From an uncultured Synergistaceae bacterium (lineage in GTDB: Bacteria; Synergistota; Synergistia; Synergistales; Dethiosulfovibrionaceae), in contig CAZCKP010000001.1 in the NCBI GenBank assembly GCA_964499295.1, positions 1 through 48,190 on the forward strand: a DNA stretch of 48,190 nt. The letters run 5' to 3'. How positions within the stretch are numbered: the first letter of the stretch is position 1; every line of letters begins with the position of its first letter. A program made the translations under genes and the position numbers. Shown piece after piece: positions 34,021 to 42,921 of the stretch. The notes beneath the pieces are model-generated. The model made no database searches. It saw only the letters and a list, made by a program, of their open reading frames with translations, and was not told where the DNA came from.

Positions 34021-34527
34021 ATGAATTCCAAAATCCGTTATCTCACCGAAGGAGCTCTAACCGTAGCGCTGACGCTGGTGCTGTCGGAGCTCAAGCTGTG
34101 GCAGATGCCCCAGGGAGGCTCTGTGACCCTGGACAGCCTGCCGGTGGTCCTCTTCGCCCTGCGCTGGGGCCTTGCTAGGGCTTTGACCACCGGTGCCGTG
34201 GCAGGGCTGTTGCAGCTCCTGCTGGGCGGCGTGGTGCTCCACCCCCTGCAGGCAGTTCTGGACTACCCCCTGGCCTACGGCATTTTGGGGCTGGCGGCTC
34301 TGACGCCCAGCCGTCCCCGCTGGGGCGCCCTGATAGCCTCGGGGGCCCAGCTGCTCTGTCACGTCGCCTCGGGGCTGCTCTTTTTCAGCTCCTACGCCCC
34401 CCAGGGCACCTCGCCGCTGGTCTACTCCCTGGTCTACAACGGCGGTTACATGGCCTGTAAGGCCCTGCTGATCCTGCTGTTGGTGCCCCTGGTGCTGCCT
34501 CGGCTGCCAGGGTCGCAACAATGCTGA
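34021..34527 (+). CDS. thiT: Thiamine ECF-transporter S component ThiT
   Basis: Track ORF 34012..; preferred ATG at 34021 (GGAG 9 nt upstream). MNSKIRYLTEGALTVALTLVLSELKLWQMPQGGSVTLDSLPVVLFALRWG is a typical ThiT N-terminus. Six-TM protein. Confidence 0.85.
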   Translation: MNSKIRYLTEGALTVALTLVLSELKLWQMPQGGSVTLDSLPVVLFALRWGLARALTTGAVAGLLQLLLGGVVLHPLQAVLDYPLAYGILGLAALTPSRPRWGALIASGAQLLCHVASGLLFFSSYAPQGTSPLVYSLVYNGGYMACKALLILLLVPLVLPRLPGSQQC

Positions 34528-35255
34528 CGGTCCAGAGCCTTTCCAAGTCCTACGACGCCAGGGTTATCATCAAGGATTTTTCCTTATATCTGCCCCAGGG
34601 AAGCTTTACGGCGCTGGTGGGGCCCTCGGGCTGCGGAAAAAGTACCCTTTTTTCTCTGCTGATGGGACTGACTCGCCCCGACGGCGGCGCTATTTTCTGG
34701 CATGGAAAACCCATAGAAAACGCCGCGGCCCTGGCAGCCATGATGCTCCAGGAGGATCTGCTGTTGCCCTGGCTGACGCTGCGGGAAAACGCGCTGTTGC
34801 CCCTCAGGACCTCCCGAAGATTGTCCGATCGGACCAAGAAAGAGACCGATGAAATCCTGTCCCGGTTGGGCTTGGCCGAGGCGGCGGATCGGCTTCCCTC
34901 GGAGCTTTCGGGGGGAATGCGACAGCGCGGGGCCCTGGCTCGGACCTTGGCCTTTGACCGGGAGCTAATTTTGCTGGACGAGCCCCTTTCGGCCTTGGAC
35001 GCCATCACAAGGCAGGAGCTTTGGGGGGTGCTGGAGCAGCTCCAGAGCCGCTACGGCAAGACGGTGCTGATGATCACCCACGACGTGGAAGAGGCCCTGG
35101 TCCTGTCGGATCGGCTTTTGGTGCTCTCCCGGCCTCCTATGACAATCCGGTGGGAGTTTAGCCTGGAGATCCCAAGGCCCAGAGCCCGTAGCGATCCCCA
35201 GATAGTGGCCCTGCGGGAGCAGATCATCGACCTGCTGAGGGGTGAGATGGGATGA
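34521..35255 (+). CDS. thiZ: ABC transporter ATPase of the HMP/formylaminopyrimidine (ThiXYZ-type, NitT/TauT family) importer
   Basis: Walker A GPSGCGKST, signature LSGGMRQRGALAR, Walker B LLDEPLSALD. It lies in a riboswitch-controlled operon with an NMT1/THI5-like binding protein. Confidence 0.75.
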   Translation: MLTVQSLSKSYDARVIIKDFSLYLPQGSFTALVGPSGCGKSTLFSLLMGLTRPDGGAIFWHGKPIENAAALAAMMLQEDLLLPWLTLRENALLPLRTSRRLSDRTKKETDEILSRLGLAEAADRLPSELSGGMRQRGALARTLAFDRELILLDEPLSALDAITRQELWGVLEQLQSRYGKTVLMITHDVEEALVLSDRLLVLSRPPMTIRWEFSLEIPRPRARSDPQIVALREQIIDLLRGEMG

Positions 35256-36022
35256 AGGGCTCTTTTCTCGGACGGCTCGAGACCGCCTCGGTGATTTTGG
35301 GCCTGCTGGGCCTATGGGAGTGGTATTGCCGACGCTTCGGAGTTCCAGCCTTCATACTGCCGCCGCCGTCGACGATAGCCCGGACGGTTTTGACCGAAGC
35401 GCCGCTGTTGTTGCCCCACTGCGCTGTCACTCTAGCGGAGTGCCTGCTAGGCATCGTCCTGGCCCTGGCCTTTGGGATCCCTCTGGCGCTGGTGATGTTT
35501 CGTTTTCCCTCGCTGGAGCGGGCCCTTTCGCCCTTCTTGGTGGCGTCCCAGGCGGTACCGGTTTTCGCCTTGGCGCCGTTGCTGGTGATCTGGCTGGGCT
35601 ACGGTATGGCCAGCAAGGTCCTGATGGCGGCGGTGATCATCTTCTTTCCCGTGACGGTGTCGTTGCTGGAGGGGATGAAGTCCTGCAGCCCCGGTTATAA
35701 CGCCCTGTTCCGGCTGATGGGTGCATCCTTTTGGCAGAGCCTACGGCTACTCTACTGGCCCTGGGCGCTGCCCCAGTTCTTCTCGGGCCTCAAGGTGGGC
35801 GTGGCTGTCTCGACCATCGGCGCCGTCATCGGAGAGTGGCTGGGCTCTCAGCGGGGCCTAGGCTACCTGATGATCCAGGCCAACGCTAGGATGAGGACCG
35901 ACCGGGTCTTCGGCGCCATCCTCTGCCTCACCGCCATGGGACTGTCGCTCTGGTGGGCTGTGGGCTATCTCGAGCGGCGGCTGGTGTTCTGGAAGCGCGA
36001 TGGAGCCTCCGGTCGGCCTTGA
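35252..36022 (+). CDS. thiX: ABC transporter permease (ThiX-type)
   Basis: 256-aa polytopic ORF with an ATGA overlap with thiZ. Contains a BPD-transport EAA-like loop region (…GASFWQSLRLLYWPWALPQFFSGLKV…). Confidence 0.75.
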   Translation: MKGSFLGRLETASVILGLLGLWEWYCRRFGVPAFILPPPSTIARTVLTEAPLLLPHCAVTLAECLLGIVLALAFGIPLALVMFRFPSLERALSPFLVASQAVPVFALAPLLVIWLGYGMASKVLMAAVIIFFPVTVSLLEGMKSCSPGYNALFRLMGASFWQSLRLLYWPWALPQFFSGLKVGVAVSTIGAVIGEWLGSQRGLGYLMIQANARMRTDRVFGAILCLTAMGLSLWWAVGYLERRLVFWKRDGASGRP

Positions 36023-36081
36023 AAGCCTTTTTACGTTTACGTTCTCTACTCTATGAACTGTTTTAAGGAGGAAATAGCACT

Positions 36082-37008
36082 GTGAAAAAGACGCTTTTGG
36101 CGCTGTGGATCGCCGCGATGCTATCCCGGCCGGCCTGGGCCTCGGAAAAGCTGACGGTGATGCTGGACTGGTTCCCCAACATGGACCATCTGCCTATCTT
36201 GGTGGCCCAGGAGGCTGGTTTCTTCGAAAAAGAGGGGCTGGAGGTGGAGCTTCAGGTCCCCTCGGACACCGCCGATCCTCTGAAGCTGGCCGTGGCCGGT
36301 CAGGTCGACGCCGCCGTGGGATATGAGCCCCAGACCCTTATAGCCGCCTCGGAAGGATTGGACGTGGTGGCCTTCGGACGTCTTATGGACCGGCCTTTGA
36401 CGTGTCTGCTCTTTTTGGAGTCGGGCCCCGTCAAGACCCTTCAGGACCTGTCGGGGAAAAGGCTGGGCTACACCGTGCCGGGGCTTATGGACCTGCTTCT
36501 AGAGACCTTCGCCGCTATGAACGGCGTCACCGATTACCAGACCGTCAACGTGGGCTATTCCATCGTGCCGGCCCTAGTGTCGGGCCAAGTGGCCGCCGTC
36601 ATGGGCCCCTTTAAGAACATCGAACCGGTGGCGGCTGCCCACGAAGGCGTGAAAACGGCCTATTTCGAGCTGGATAAACAGGGCATACCGGTCTACGACG
36701 AGCTGATCTTCCTGGCCGGGCGTGCGGTCTGGGAGCAAAGGGCTCCGGCCCTTCGGGCCTTCCGACAGGCCATCGCCGACGCCGTGACCTTTATCGACTC
36801 CGACCCTTCAAGGGCCCTGGAGCTCTATCTCAAGGCCGTCAGCGATGCCGACCGCTCCATCGAAGAGGACACCCTGGCAGCAACTCTCCCCTGTCTGGCC
36901 CGTAGCCAGGATTTCGACGCCGAAGCTTGGCAGAACTTCGCCGACTTCGCCGTCGAGGCAGGGATTATCTCAAAGCCTCTAGAGGCTGGAAAGGTATTGG
37001 TGAAATAA
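36082..37008 (+). CDS. thiY: NMT1/THI5-like periplasmic substrate-binding protein (ThiY-type, pyrimidine precursor)
   Basis: GTG start after AGGAGG; signal peptide MKKTLLALWIAAMLSRPAWA. LTVMLDWFPNMDHLPILVAQEAGFFEKEGLEVEL is the NMT1/THI5 signature region. Confidence 0.75.
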   Translation: MKKTLLALWIAAMLSRPAWASEKLTVMLDWFPNMDHLPILVAQEAGFFEKEGLEVELQVPSDTADPLKLAVAGQVDAAVGYEPQTLIAASEGLDVVAFGRLMDRPLTCLLFLESGPVKTLQDLSGKRLGYTVPGLMDLLLETFAAMNGVTDYQTVNVGYSIVPALVSGQVAAVMGPFKNIEPVAAAHEGVKTAYFELDKQGIPVYDELIFLAGRAVWEQRAPALRAFRQAIADAVTFIDSDPSRALELYLKAVSDADRSIEEDTLAATLPCLARSQDFDAEAWQNFADFAVEAGIISKPLEAGKVLVK

Positions 37009-37009
37009 C

Positions 37010-37564
37010 ATGATGGAACTCCCCCGCCCCATCGCTCGAAGCCTCGGCGCCACCGAGGGCCTGCAGCTCAGAAAGCTGACCCTGGCAGGAATTTTGACGG
37101 CAGCGGCGCTGTTGCTCTCCACCGTGTCGATCCCCTTCGGTCCCACCCGGTGCTTTCCCTTCCAGCATGCCGTCAACGCCGTAGCCGGCGTGCTGCTGGG
37201 GCCATGGTGGGCCCTAGCCATGGCCTTTATCACCAGCTTTTTAAGGGTCTGCCTGGGCACTGGGTCCCTTTTCGCCTTCCCCGGTGCCATGCCCGGCGCC
37301 TTGGCCGTAGGACTGGCCTACAAGACCCTGGGCCGGGATTGGGCGGCCTTCGCCGAGCCCTTGGTCACGGGAACTCTGGGGGCCTGGCTGGCGGCGGCGG
37401 TGATGGCTCCGGCCATCGGCAACCAAGTGGCCTTTGGGAGCCTGAGCGTCGCCTTTTTGATCAGCTCCGCCCCCGGCGCCGCCATAGGTTTCGGCATTCT
37501 GGCCACGCTGCGCCGCATGGGCGTGTCGATCCACTCCGGCCAGTCCGGCCAGGACCAGGACTAG
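37010..37564 (+). CDS. thiW: ThiW-type ECF S component (putative hydroxyethylthiazole transporter)
   Basis: 184-aa ORF. KLTLAGILTAAALLLSTVSIPFGPTRCFPFQHAVNAVAGVLLGPWWA...GTGSLFAFPGAMPGAL matches my recollection of the ThiW family. Confidence 0.7.
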   Translation: MMELPRPIARSLGATEGLQLRKLTLAGILTAAALLLSTVSIPFGPTRCFPFQHAVNAVAGVLLGPWWALAMAFITSFLRVCLGTGSLFAFPGAMPGALAVGLAYKTLGRDWAAFAEPLVTGTLGAWLAAAVMAPAIGNQVAFGSLSVAFLISSAPGAAIGFGILATLRRMGVSIHSGQSGQDQD

Positions 37565-37578
37565 CCACAGCAGAATCC

Positions 37579-37628
37579 AAAAGACCAAGGGCGCCCCAAG
37601 CTTCGGCCTGGGGCGCCCTTGGTCTTTT
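37579..37628 (+). terminator. Strong rho-independent terminator after thiW
   Basis: Perfect 20-bp stem AAAAGACCAAGGGCGCCCCA / TGGGGCGCCCTTGGTCTTTT with a 10-nt loop. The A-run and T-run arms make it symmetric and so potentially bidirectional. Confidence 0.8.
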
Positions 37629-37674
37629 GCTCCCGTCATAAAGGGCCGGAGCGAAAATCTCGATCAACTGGGGA

Positions 37675-37703
37675 TTGACAAAGAGGGCCAATTGAACAAG
37701 AAT
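37675..37703 (+). promoter_or_regulatory. Candidate promoter of the DEAD-box helicase gene
   Basis: TTGACA (37675-37680), 17-nt spacer, AAGAAT (37698-37703). This leaves a ~110-nt 5' UTR. Confidence 0.4.
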
Positions 37704-37813
37704 TGGTTTTTATGTGCGCCGCCCGAATCTGGGACGGCCCGGGAATTGCCAGGAGCCTCCAAAATGGTGTAGATCCAGGGGGATCCTAGGCGACACATTT
37801 TGGAGGAACCTAC

Positions 37814-39610
37814 GTGACTGCAACGACCTTTCAGCGCTATGACTTGGCCCCGAGCCTTCTCGAGGCCTTGGAGTGCCGCGGCTTTTCGACGCCCACGCCG
37901 GTACAGGACCAAGTCCTTTCCCAGCCCGATCTGGACAGGGACATGGTGGTCCAGGCCCGGACCGGCTCCGGCAAGACCTTGGCCTTTCTGTTGCCGCTGC
38001 TGAACCAGATCCCCAGCAGCAAAAAGACGAAGGTACTGATCCTTTCGCCCACCCGCGAGCTGGCTATGCAGAGCGCCAGCGAGGCCCAGTTTTTCGGTCG
38101 AGTTCGAGGCCTGGAGACCGCCTCTATCGTGGGCGGCATGAGCATGGACCATCAGATTCTCCAGCTCCGGCGAGGAGCCGCCATCGTGGTGGGCACGCCG
38201 GGCCGTGTGCTGGACCACATCAACCGCCGCAGCCTGGACCTCAGCGAAATCGACACGGTGGTCCTGGACGAAGGCGACAACATGCTGGATCTGGGCTTCA
38301 GGGACGAGCTGGAGGCCATTTTGGACGAGGCATCGTCCCGTCGCCGGACCTGGGTATTTTCGGCCACCATGCCCGAGGAAATCCTGTCGCTGTGCCACCG
38401 CTATCTGACCGACCCGATCCACCTGACCCTGGACCAGGAGGCGGATCAGCACGAGGACATCGTCCACCGGGCCTACCTGGTGCCGAGCCGCCAGCGCATG
38501 GAAGCGCTGGTCAACATACTGTTGTGGGAGCATCCCAGGCTCTGCCTGGTCTTCTGCCATACCCGCAACGACACCGCCGAGGTGGCCGAGCGGCTCCAGA
38601 AAGAGGGCTTTCTGGCTCTGACGCTCCACGGCGACATGAGCCAGCGGGAGCGCAACAGCGCCCTGTTCTCCTTCCGCTCCGGCCGCATCCCCATCCTGGT
38701 GGCCACCAACGTGGCGGCCCGGGGGCTGGATATTCAGGGCGTGAGCCACGTGATCCAGTTGGGCCTTCCGGAATCGATGGAGACCTTTGTCCACCGCTCG
38801 GGACGAACGGGCCGGGCCGGCCACGAGGGCAGCAACCTGCTAGTGCTGACGCCCCAGGAGTCGGGGCGGTTCAAGTTCATGCTGAGGTCTTCTCGCATGA
38901 AGGTGCAGTGGCTCACGGTGCCCGATGCACCGGAGGTCCGCACAATCCAGCGGGAGCTTCAGGAAGAGGCCCTGCTGGCCCAGGAGCCCACATCGGAGAT
39001 TCGGTCCTGGGCCGAGGCCCTATCGGAGCGCTGCGGCAATCCTCTGGAGTTGGCGGCTAAACTGCTGTCAACGGTGGTCCAGGACTTGCCCAAGGGCTAT
39101 GATCTGCGGGAGACCCTGCAGGCCGAGCTGGACCGCCGAAAGGAGCGCCTGATGCCCCGCCGCGAAGGCCGCCTTAGCCGCCGGGAACCCGGCGAAAACC
39201 GCGGTGCGCCAGGAGAACGGTTCACCGGCAAGGGCGTTCCAGTCCGGATTTGCAAGGGCCGCAGCGACGAGGACTGGTCGGTGGGCCGGATCCTGGGGGC
39301 CCTCTGCAGCACCCTGGGGGTGGACCGCAGGGAGATCGGCAATATCCGTATGAGAGACCGCTATACCGAGGTGGAGCTCAGTCCCATGGCCCAGGACAGG
39401 CTGGAACAGGGCGGCCGGGAGCGGCTGGTCCAGCGAGGGCTGGTGTCCCAGGGCAACGAAGGCGCCCGGGAGAGCGGCCTGCGGGGCTATCCCTTTCCCC
39501 GGGAGGGGCGCGATCGCCGGGATCGCTCGGGGCGAGACCGCTCCCCCTACCGGGATCAATACCAATCCGACCTGGCAGAGTTCCGCCGCCGAGCCCGCCA
39601 GGAGCTCTGA
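37814..39610 (+). CDS. DEAD-box ATP-dependent RNA helicase with DbpA-type RNA-binding domain and Arg/Asp-rich tail
   Basis: GTG start after GGAGG. Q-motif GFSTPTPVQ, motif I ARTGSGKT, motif Ia SPTRELA, motif II VLDEGD (variant of DEAD), SAT, HGDMSQRER, and HRSGRTGRAG. The DbpA-like block is ...GRILGALCSTLGVDRREIGNIRMRDRYTEVE. Confidence 0.88.
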   Translation: MTATTFQRYDLAPSLLEALECRGFSTPTPVQDQVLSQPDLDRDMVVQARTGSGKTLAFLLPLLNQIPSSKKTKVLILSPTRELAMQSASEAQFFGRVRGLETASIVGGMSMDHQILQLRRGAAIVVGTPGRVLDHINRRSLDLSEIDTVVLDEGDNMLDLGFRDELEAILDEASSRRRTWVFSATMPEEILSLCHRYLTDPIHLTLDQEADQHEDIVHRAYLVPSRQRMEALVNILLWEHPRLCLVFCHTRNDTAEVAERLQKEGFLALTLHGDMSQRERNSALFSFRSGRIPILVATNVAARGLDIQGVSHVIQLGLPESMETFVHRSGRTGRAGHEGSNLLVLTPQESGRFKFMLRSSRMKVQWLTVPDAPEVRTIQRELQEEALLAQEPTSEIRSWAEALSERCGNPLELAAKLLSTVVQDLPKGYDLRETLQAELDRRKERLMPRREGRLSRREPGENRGAPGERFTGKGVPVRICKGRSDEDWSVGRILGALCSTLGVDRREIGNIRMRDRYTEVELSPMAQDRLEQGGRERLVQRGLVSQGNEGARESGLRGYPFPREGRDRRDRSGRDRSPYRDQYQSDLAEFRRRARQEL

Positions 39611-39726
39611 GACAAGGGCCGATCGATCATCCGATCGTCCCCTTACAATATCACCAAAGCCTTCTGGAAGCACCGCAGCGCTGCCACTGCGATCTCTTTC
39701 AGTTCTTTATCCCAGGCACACTAAAA

Positions 39727-39769
39727 AGCGCCTTCCCCTTGGGGCTATATACCCAGGGAAGGCGCTTTC
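39727..39769. terminator. Bidirectional terminator between the convergent helicase and sfsA genes
   Basis: AGCGCCTTCCC / GGGAAGGCGCT is an 11-bp stem flanked by AAAA on the 5' side and TTTCT on the 3' side. Confidence 0.65.
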
Positions 39770-39859
39770 TAGTAGATCGCCGACATATCCCCGTAGACAA
39801 CATGGTTAACTGAATAAAAGCTAGTACCCTCTCCCAAGAACCATCGACTAACGATCGCC

Positions 39860-40963
39860 TCACGGCTCCACCAGCTCGGCCTCGATCCGCCGGTCTAGCC
39901 GGGTAAAGCGATACCGTAGGAGCCAGTCCACAAAGGGCGGCCACCGCCGGGGGTCTTGGGCAAAGGCACCGATCCAGCGCTGGCCGTCGGGCTCCAGGGG
40001 ACGCTGCAACAGACCGTTCAGATCCTGGGCCAACTCCGGTAGAAAGTCCTGGGGAGATCGAAAGGGCACCAGGGCCACCAGTCGCCCCTGGGAGCGCAGC
40101 TTCTCCGCCGCGCCCTGGGGGCGTTTTTTCGGCCTGGTCCAACCGGCCATGGCTCGGCTCAGCCCATGGGGGCAGGACTCCACCAGGGCCCAGACGACGC
40201 CTTCTGCTTCCACCAGGACCAACATAACCCCAGCGTCAACGTTCTCCCGCTCCAGGGTCTTCCAGGGGATCGGAAGCCGCCGCACCGGTCCCAGAGCCTG
40301 GGCCTCTCGATTCCAGCCCAGGGCCAAGGCGACGATGTCCAGGTGATGGCGCACCGTCAAGAGGGTCTCGGCGAAATCGGGGTCGGTGTGCCAATCCGGC
40401 AGGAACCATCGGGCCTCGGCAGAATTGACTATGACCATCACCACGGCCCTATGGCCCTGGAGACTCAGGGCCTCCAGGCCTCGGAGGTGGCGACAGGCCC
40501 GTTGCGACGGCGCATCGGGGAAATAACCTCCGCCACCGGCGAAGAGGGTGCAGCACTTGACCTCTCCGTAGATCTCCTGGGAGCCCTGCCGGAGCAGCAG
40601 ATCGTAGCGGCTGTCCCCGGCGGTTACCTCTCGGCGCGCCACCCTGGCCCCTTCCAAACCTGGCACCAGGTCCTGGCGGATCAATTCTGCGGCCAGGTCG
40701 TTGGCCCGGTGGGTGTGCAGCGGCGTCAAGGTATCCCCTCGAAGGACGCCCAGCACCGTGTACTCAGTGGCACCTCCCTTGGTAGGGTCTAGCAACAGCT
40801 CCGCCCCAGGGCTCAGCAGCTCCCAGAGCCTGCCCGGATTGGGCAGATAGCAACGGGCCAAGCACCCCTGGATCCGGGCGATCACCACGAAACGATTGGG
40901 CCGCTGGACCAGCTCGCCCCGCTGCAGGGGACCGTTGTGGGCCATGGTATAAATTACCGCCAT
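39860..40963 (-). CDS. sfsA: SfsA-family nuclease-fold protein fused to an extra ~130-aa C-terminal domain; start uncertain (40945, 40963 or 41011)
   Basis: MAHNGPLQRGELVQRPNRFVV aligns with E. coli SfsA [21 protein letters not shown]. Also present are ...SRYDLLL...EVKCCTL...GYFPDAPSQRACRHLRGL...GHRAVVMVIV. The ORF continues about 130 aa beyond the normal SfsA end. Confidence 0.7.
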   Translation of the reverse strand: MAVIYTMAHNGPLQRGELVQRPNRFVVIARIQGCLARCYLPNPGRLWELLSPGAELLLDPTKGGATEYTVLGVLRGDTLTPLHTHRANDLAAELIRQDLVPGLEGARVARREVTAGDSRYDLLLRQGSQEIYGEVKCCTLFAGGGGYFPDAPSQRACRHLRGLEALSLQGHRAVVMVIVNSAEARWFLPDWHTDPDFAETLLTVRHHLDIVALALGWNREAQALGPVRRLPIPWKTLERENVDAGVMLVLVEAEGVVWALVESCPHGLSRAMAGWTRPKKRPQGAAEKLRSQGRLVALVPFRSPQDFLPELAQDLNGLLQRPLEPDGQRWIGAFAQDPRRWPPFVDWLLRYRFTRLDRRIEAELVEP

Positions 40964-41007
40964 AATGTCCTGTTTCTCCTTCTCCCCCGCTGGCCTCCCG
41001 GGGGCCG

Positions 41008-42696
41008 TCACTTGAAGTTGTAGGCCGTGACGATGGGATCCCGCTGCTGGGTCACGTCGTTGAAGTATTCGTAGAAACTGAGGCCCAGGAAGCTGCCGGA
41101 GACGTTGAAGACGTTGTCAAAGCCGTGGCCCTGTAGCGCCAAAACGGCGTTATAGCTCCGCTGGGCGCTGCGGCAGTAGAGATAGACCGGCCGGTCCCGG
41201 GGTATCTCGTCCAGACGTTGCCGCAGCTGGCTCAGGGGGACATTGACGGCACCTTTCACGTGGCCCTGGGCGTACTCCTGGGCCTCCCGGACGTCGACGA
41301 TATAGGCGCCGGAGAGAACCAGATCGCGTACCTCGCTGACCAGGACCTGGCGGAAGGTCCCCTGTAGCAGGTTGCAGGCCACCAAGCCGGCGTAGTTGCC
41401 GGCGTCTTTGGCCGTGGAAAAGGGCGGAGCGTAGCAGAGCTCCAGGTCCCGGAGGTCCTCGACGGTGCCGCCGAAGTGGATCACCGTGGCCACGGTGTCG
41501 GCCCTCTTGGCGGCATCGCCCTTGGAGATAACCTGTGCTCCCAGCACCTTGCCGCTGGGCACCTGGTAGATCAGCTTGTAATGGATGGGGCAGCTGCCTG
41601 GCATGATGGCCACCCGATCCTGGGGGATCACGTAGGCCACTCCGTAGGCGATGCCGGCTTTCTCACACTGGGCGGCGGTGAGGCCTGTAGAGGCGGCGTT
41701 GTAATCGAAGACTTTGATGCAGCTGGAGCCGATGAAGCCCCTGTTCTTGACGGCGCAGCCGTGGATATGGTCCGCCGCGGCCCGGGCCTGCTTCTGGGCG
41801 GGACCTGCTAGGGGGATCATGGCCGGTTGGCCGGTGATGGCGTTGGTAACTTCGACGACGTCGCCCACGGCGTAGATATTGGGGTCGCTAGTACGGTAGT
41901 TGCCGTCGGTCTTGACAGCGCCACGGTCGTTGAGCTCCAGGCCGGCTTCCCTGGCCAGGGCGGAACAGGGGGTGACGCCGATGGCCATCACCACGGCCTG
42001 GGCCTCCACGATCCTGCCTGACTGCAGCACCAGGTCGGAGCCTCGGAAGGCGGTGACCCTATCGCCCAGGATCAGCTCCACGCCTTGGTCCAACAGCTCC
42101 TTGTGGAGGATCTGGACCACGTCGTAGTCGTAGGTGGCCAGGATCTGGGGCAGCGCCTCCACCACTGTCACGTCGTAACCGGCTATTTTCAGGTTCTCAG
42201 CCACCTCGATGCCGATAAAGCCTCCGCCCACCACCGCGACTTTCTTCACGTCCTTGGTCTTGACGAAATCGTAGAGCGCCGACAGGTCCACCACGTTCTT
42301 CACCGTGAAGACCGATGCCTCCTGGATGCCCTCGATCTTGGGGATGACGGCGTCGGCACCGGGGGCGAGGATCAGCTTGTCGTAGCTCTCCTGGTACTCC
42401 TGGCCCGTGGTCAGATCTCTGACGGTCACCGACTTCCGGTCCCTGTGGATGGACAGGACCTCACAGGAGACCCTGGCCTGGATGTTGTACTGGTTGGCGA
42501 AGCGCTCCGGCGTCATCAGCAGGAGCTTTTTGGTCTCCGCCACGATCTCGCTGAGGCGATAGGGCAGGCAACAGTTGGAAAAGGAGACGTGGGGCCCCCT
42601 CTCGAAGATCACTATCTCCGCGGTCTCGTCCAATCTTCTCAGTCTCGCCGCCGTGCTGGCTCCGCCGGCGACTCCGCCGACAATCAGGAACTTCAT
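41008..42696 (-). CDS. CoA-disulfide reductase / NAD(P)H persulfide-reductase-like flavoprotein with C-terminal rhodanese domain
   Basis: 562-aa ORF. FAD fold MKFLIVGGVAGGAS, active-site block SFSNCCLPY, second Rossmann VAVVGGGFIGIE. C-terminal rhodanese with YLYCRSAQRS (active Cys). Confidence 0.85.
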   Translation of the reverse strand: MKFLIVGGVAGGASTAARLRRLDETAEIVIFERGPHVSFSNCCLPYRLSEIVAETKKLLLMTPERFANQYNIQARVSCEVLSIHRDRKSVTVRDLTTGQEYQESYDKLILAPGADAVIPKIEGIQEASVFTVKNVVDLSALYDFVKTKDVKKVAVVGGGFIGIEVAENLKIAGYDVTVVEALPQILATYDYDVVQILHKELLDQGVELILGDRVTAFRGSDLVLQSGRIVEAQAVVMAIGVTPCSALAREAGLELNDRGAVKTDGNYRTSDPNIYAVGDVVEVTNAITGQPAMIPLAGPAQKQARAAADHIHGCAVKNRGFIGSSCIKVFDYNAASTGLTAAQCEKAGIAYGVAYVIPQDRVAIMPGSCPIHYKLIYQVPSGKVLGAQVISKGDAAKRADTVATVIHFGGTVEDLRDLELCYAPPFSTAKDAGNYAGLVACNLLQGTFRQVLVSEVRDLVLSGAYIVDVREAQEYAQGHVKGAVNVPLSQLRQRLDEIPRDRPVYLYCRSAQRSYNAVLALQGHGFDNVFNVSGSFLGLSFYEYFNDVTQQRDPIVTAYNFK

Positions 42697-42921
42697 CGAT
42701 GGCGTCTCCCTTCAAGGCGCTCCCAAGGCGCCTGCTACTCCGCGCCGAAAGGAGGTCCCTGGCTAGATCCCTTCGGCTCTCTGGGGCTCCTGGCTATCGG
42801 AGCTCCCTTGGATCGGCTCCCGAGTCGGGGCCTATCTGCTGTCTTGATGGTACCCCGCGACGGCTTGGGTGGCAATCGCCAAATCCCACTGGGCCAAAGC
42901 CGGCTCCTGGAGCTCCGGCGC

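Noticed and set aside
37664-38824. 386-aa antisense ORF inside the DEAD-box helicase gene
   Set aside because: Its composition is skewed (G/A/H/Q/V-rich) with no motifs. It lies opposite a gene with all helicase motifs, so it is a GC-rich antisense artefact.
41008-42696. CoADR-rhodanese as a second encapsulin cargo
   Set aside because: Its C-terminus (...DPIVTAYNFK) has no (T/S)VGSL-type targeting peptide. A terminator (42922-42952) separates it from the encapsulin operon.
42697-42921. 225-nt region upstream of the CoADR gene, examined for a riboswitch or sRNA
   Set aside because: Only short imperfect repeats (ATCGG(AG)CTCCC) and a GGAGCTCC palindrome are present. There is no recognisable riboswitch core or convincing promoter, so there is not enough evidence to call a feature.
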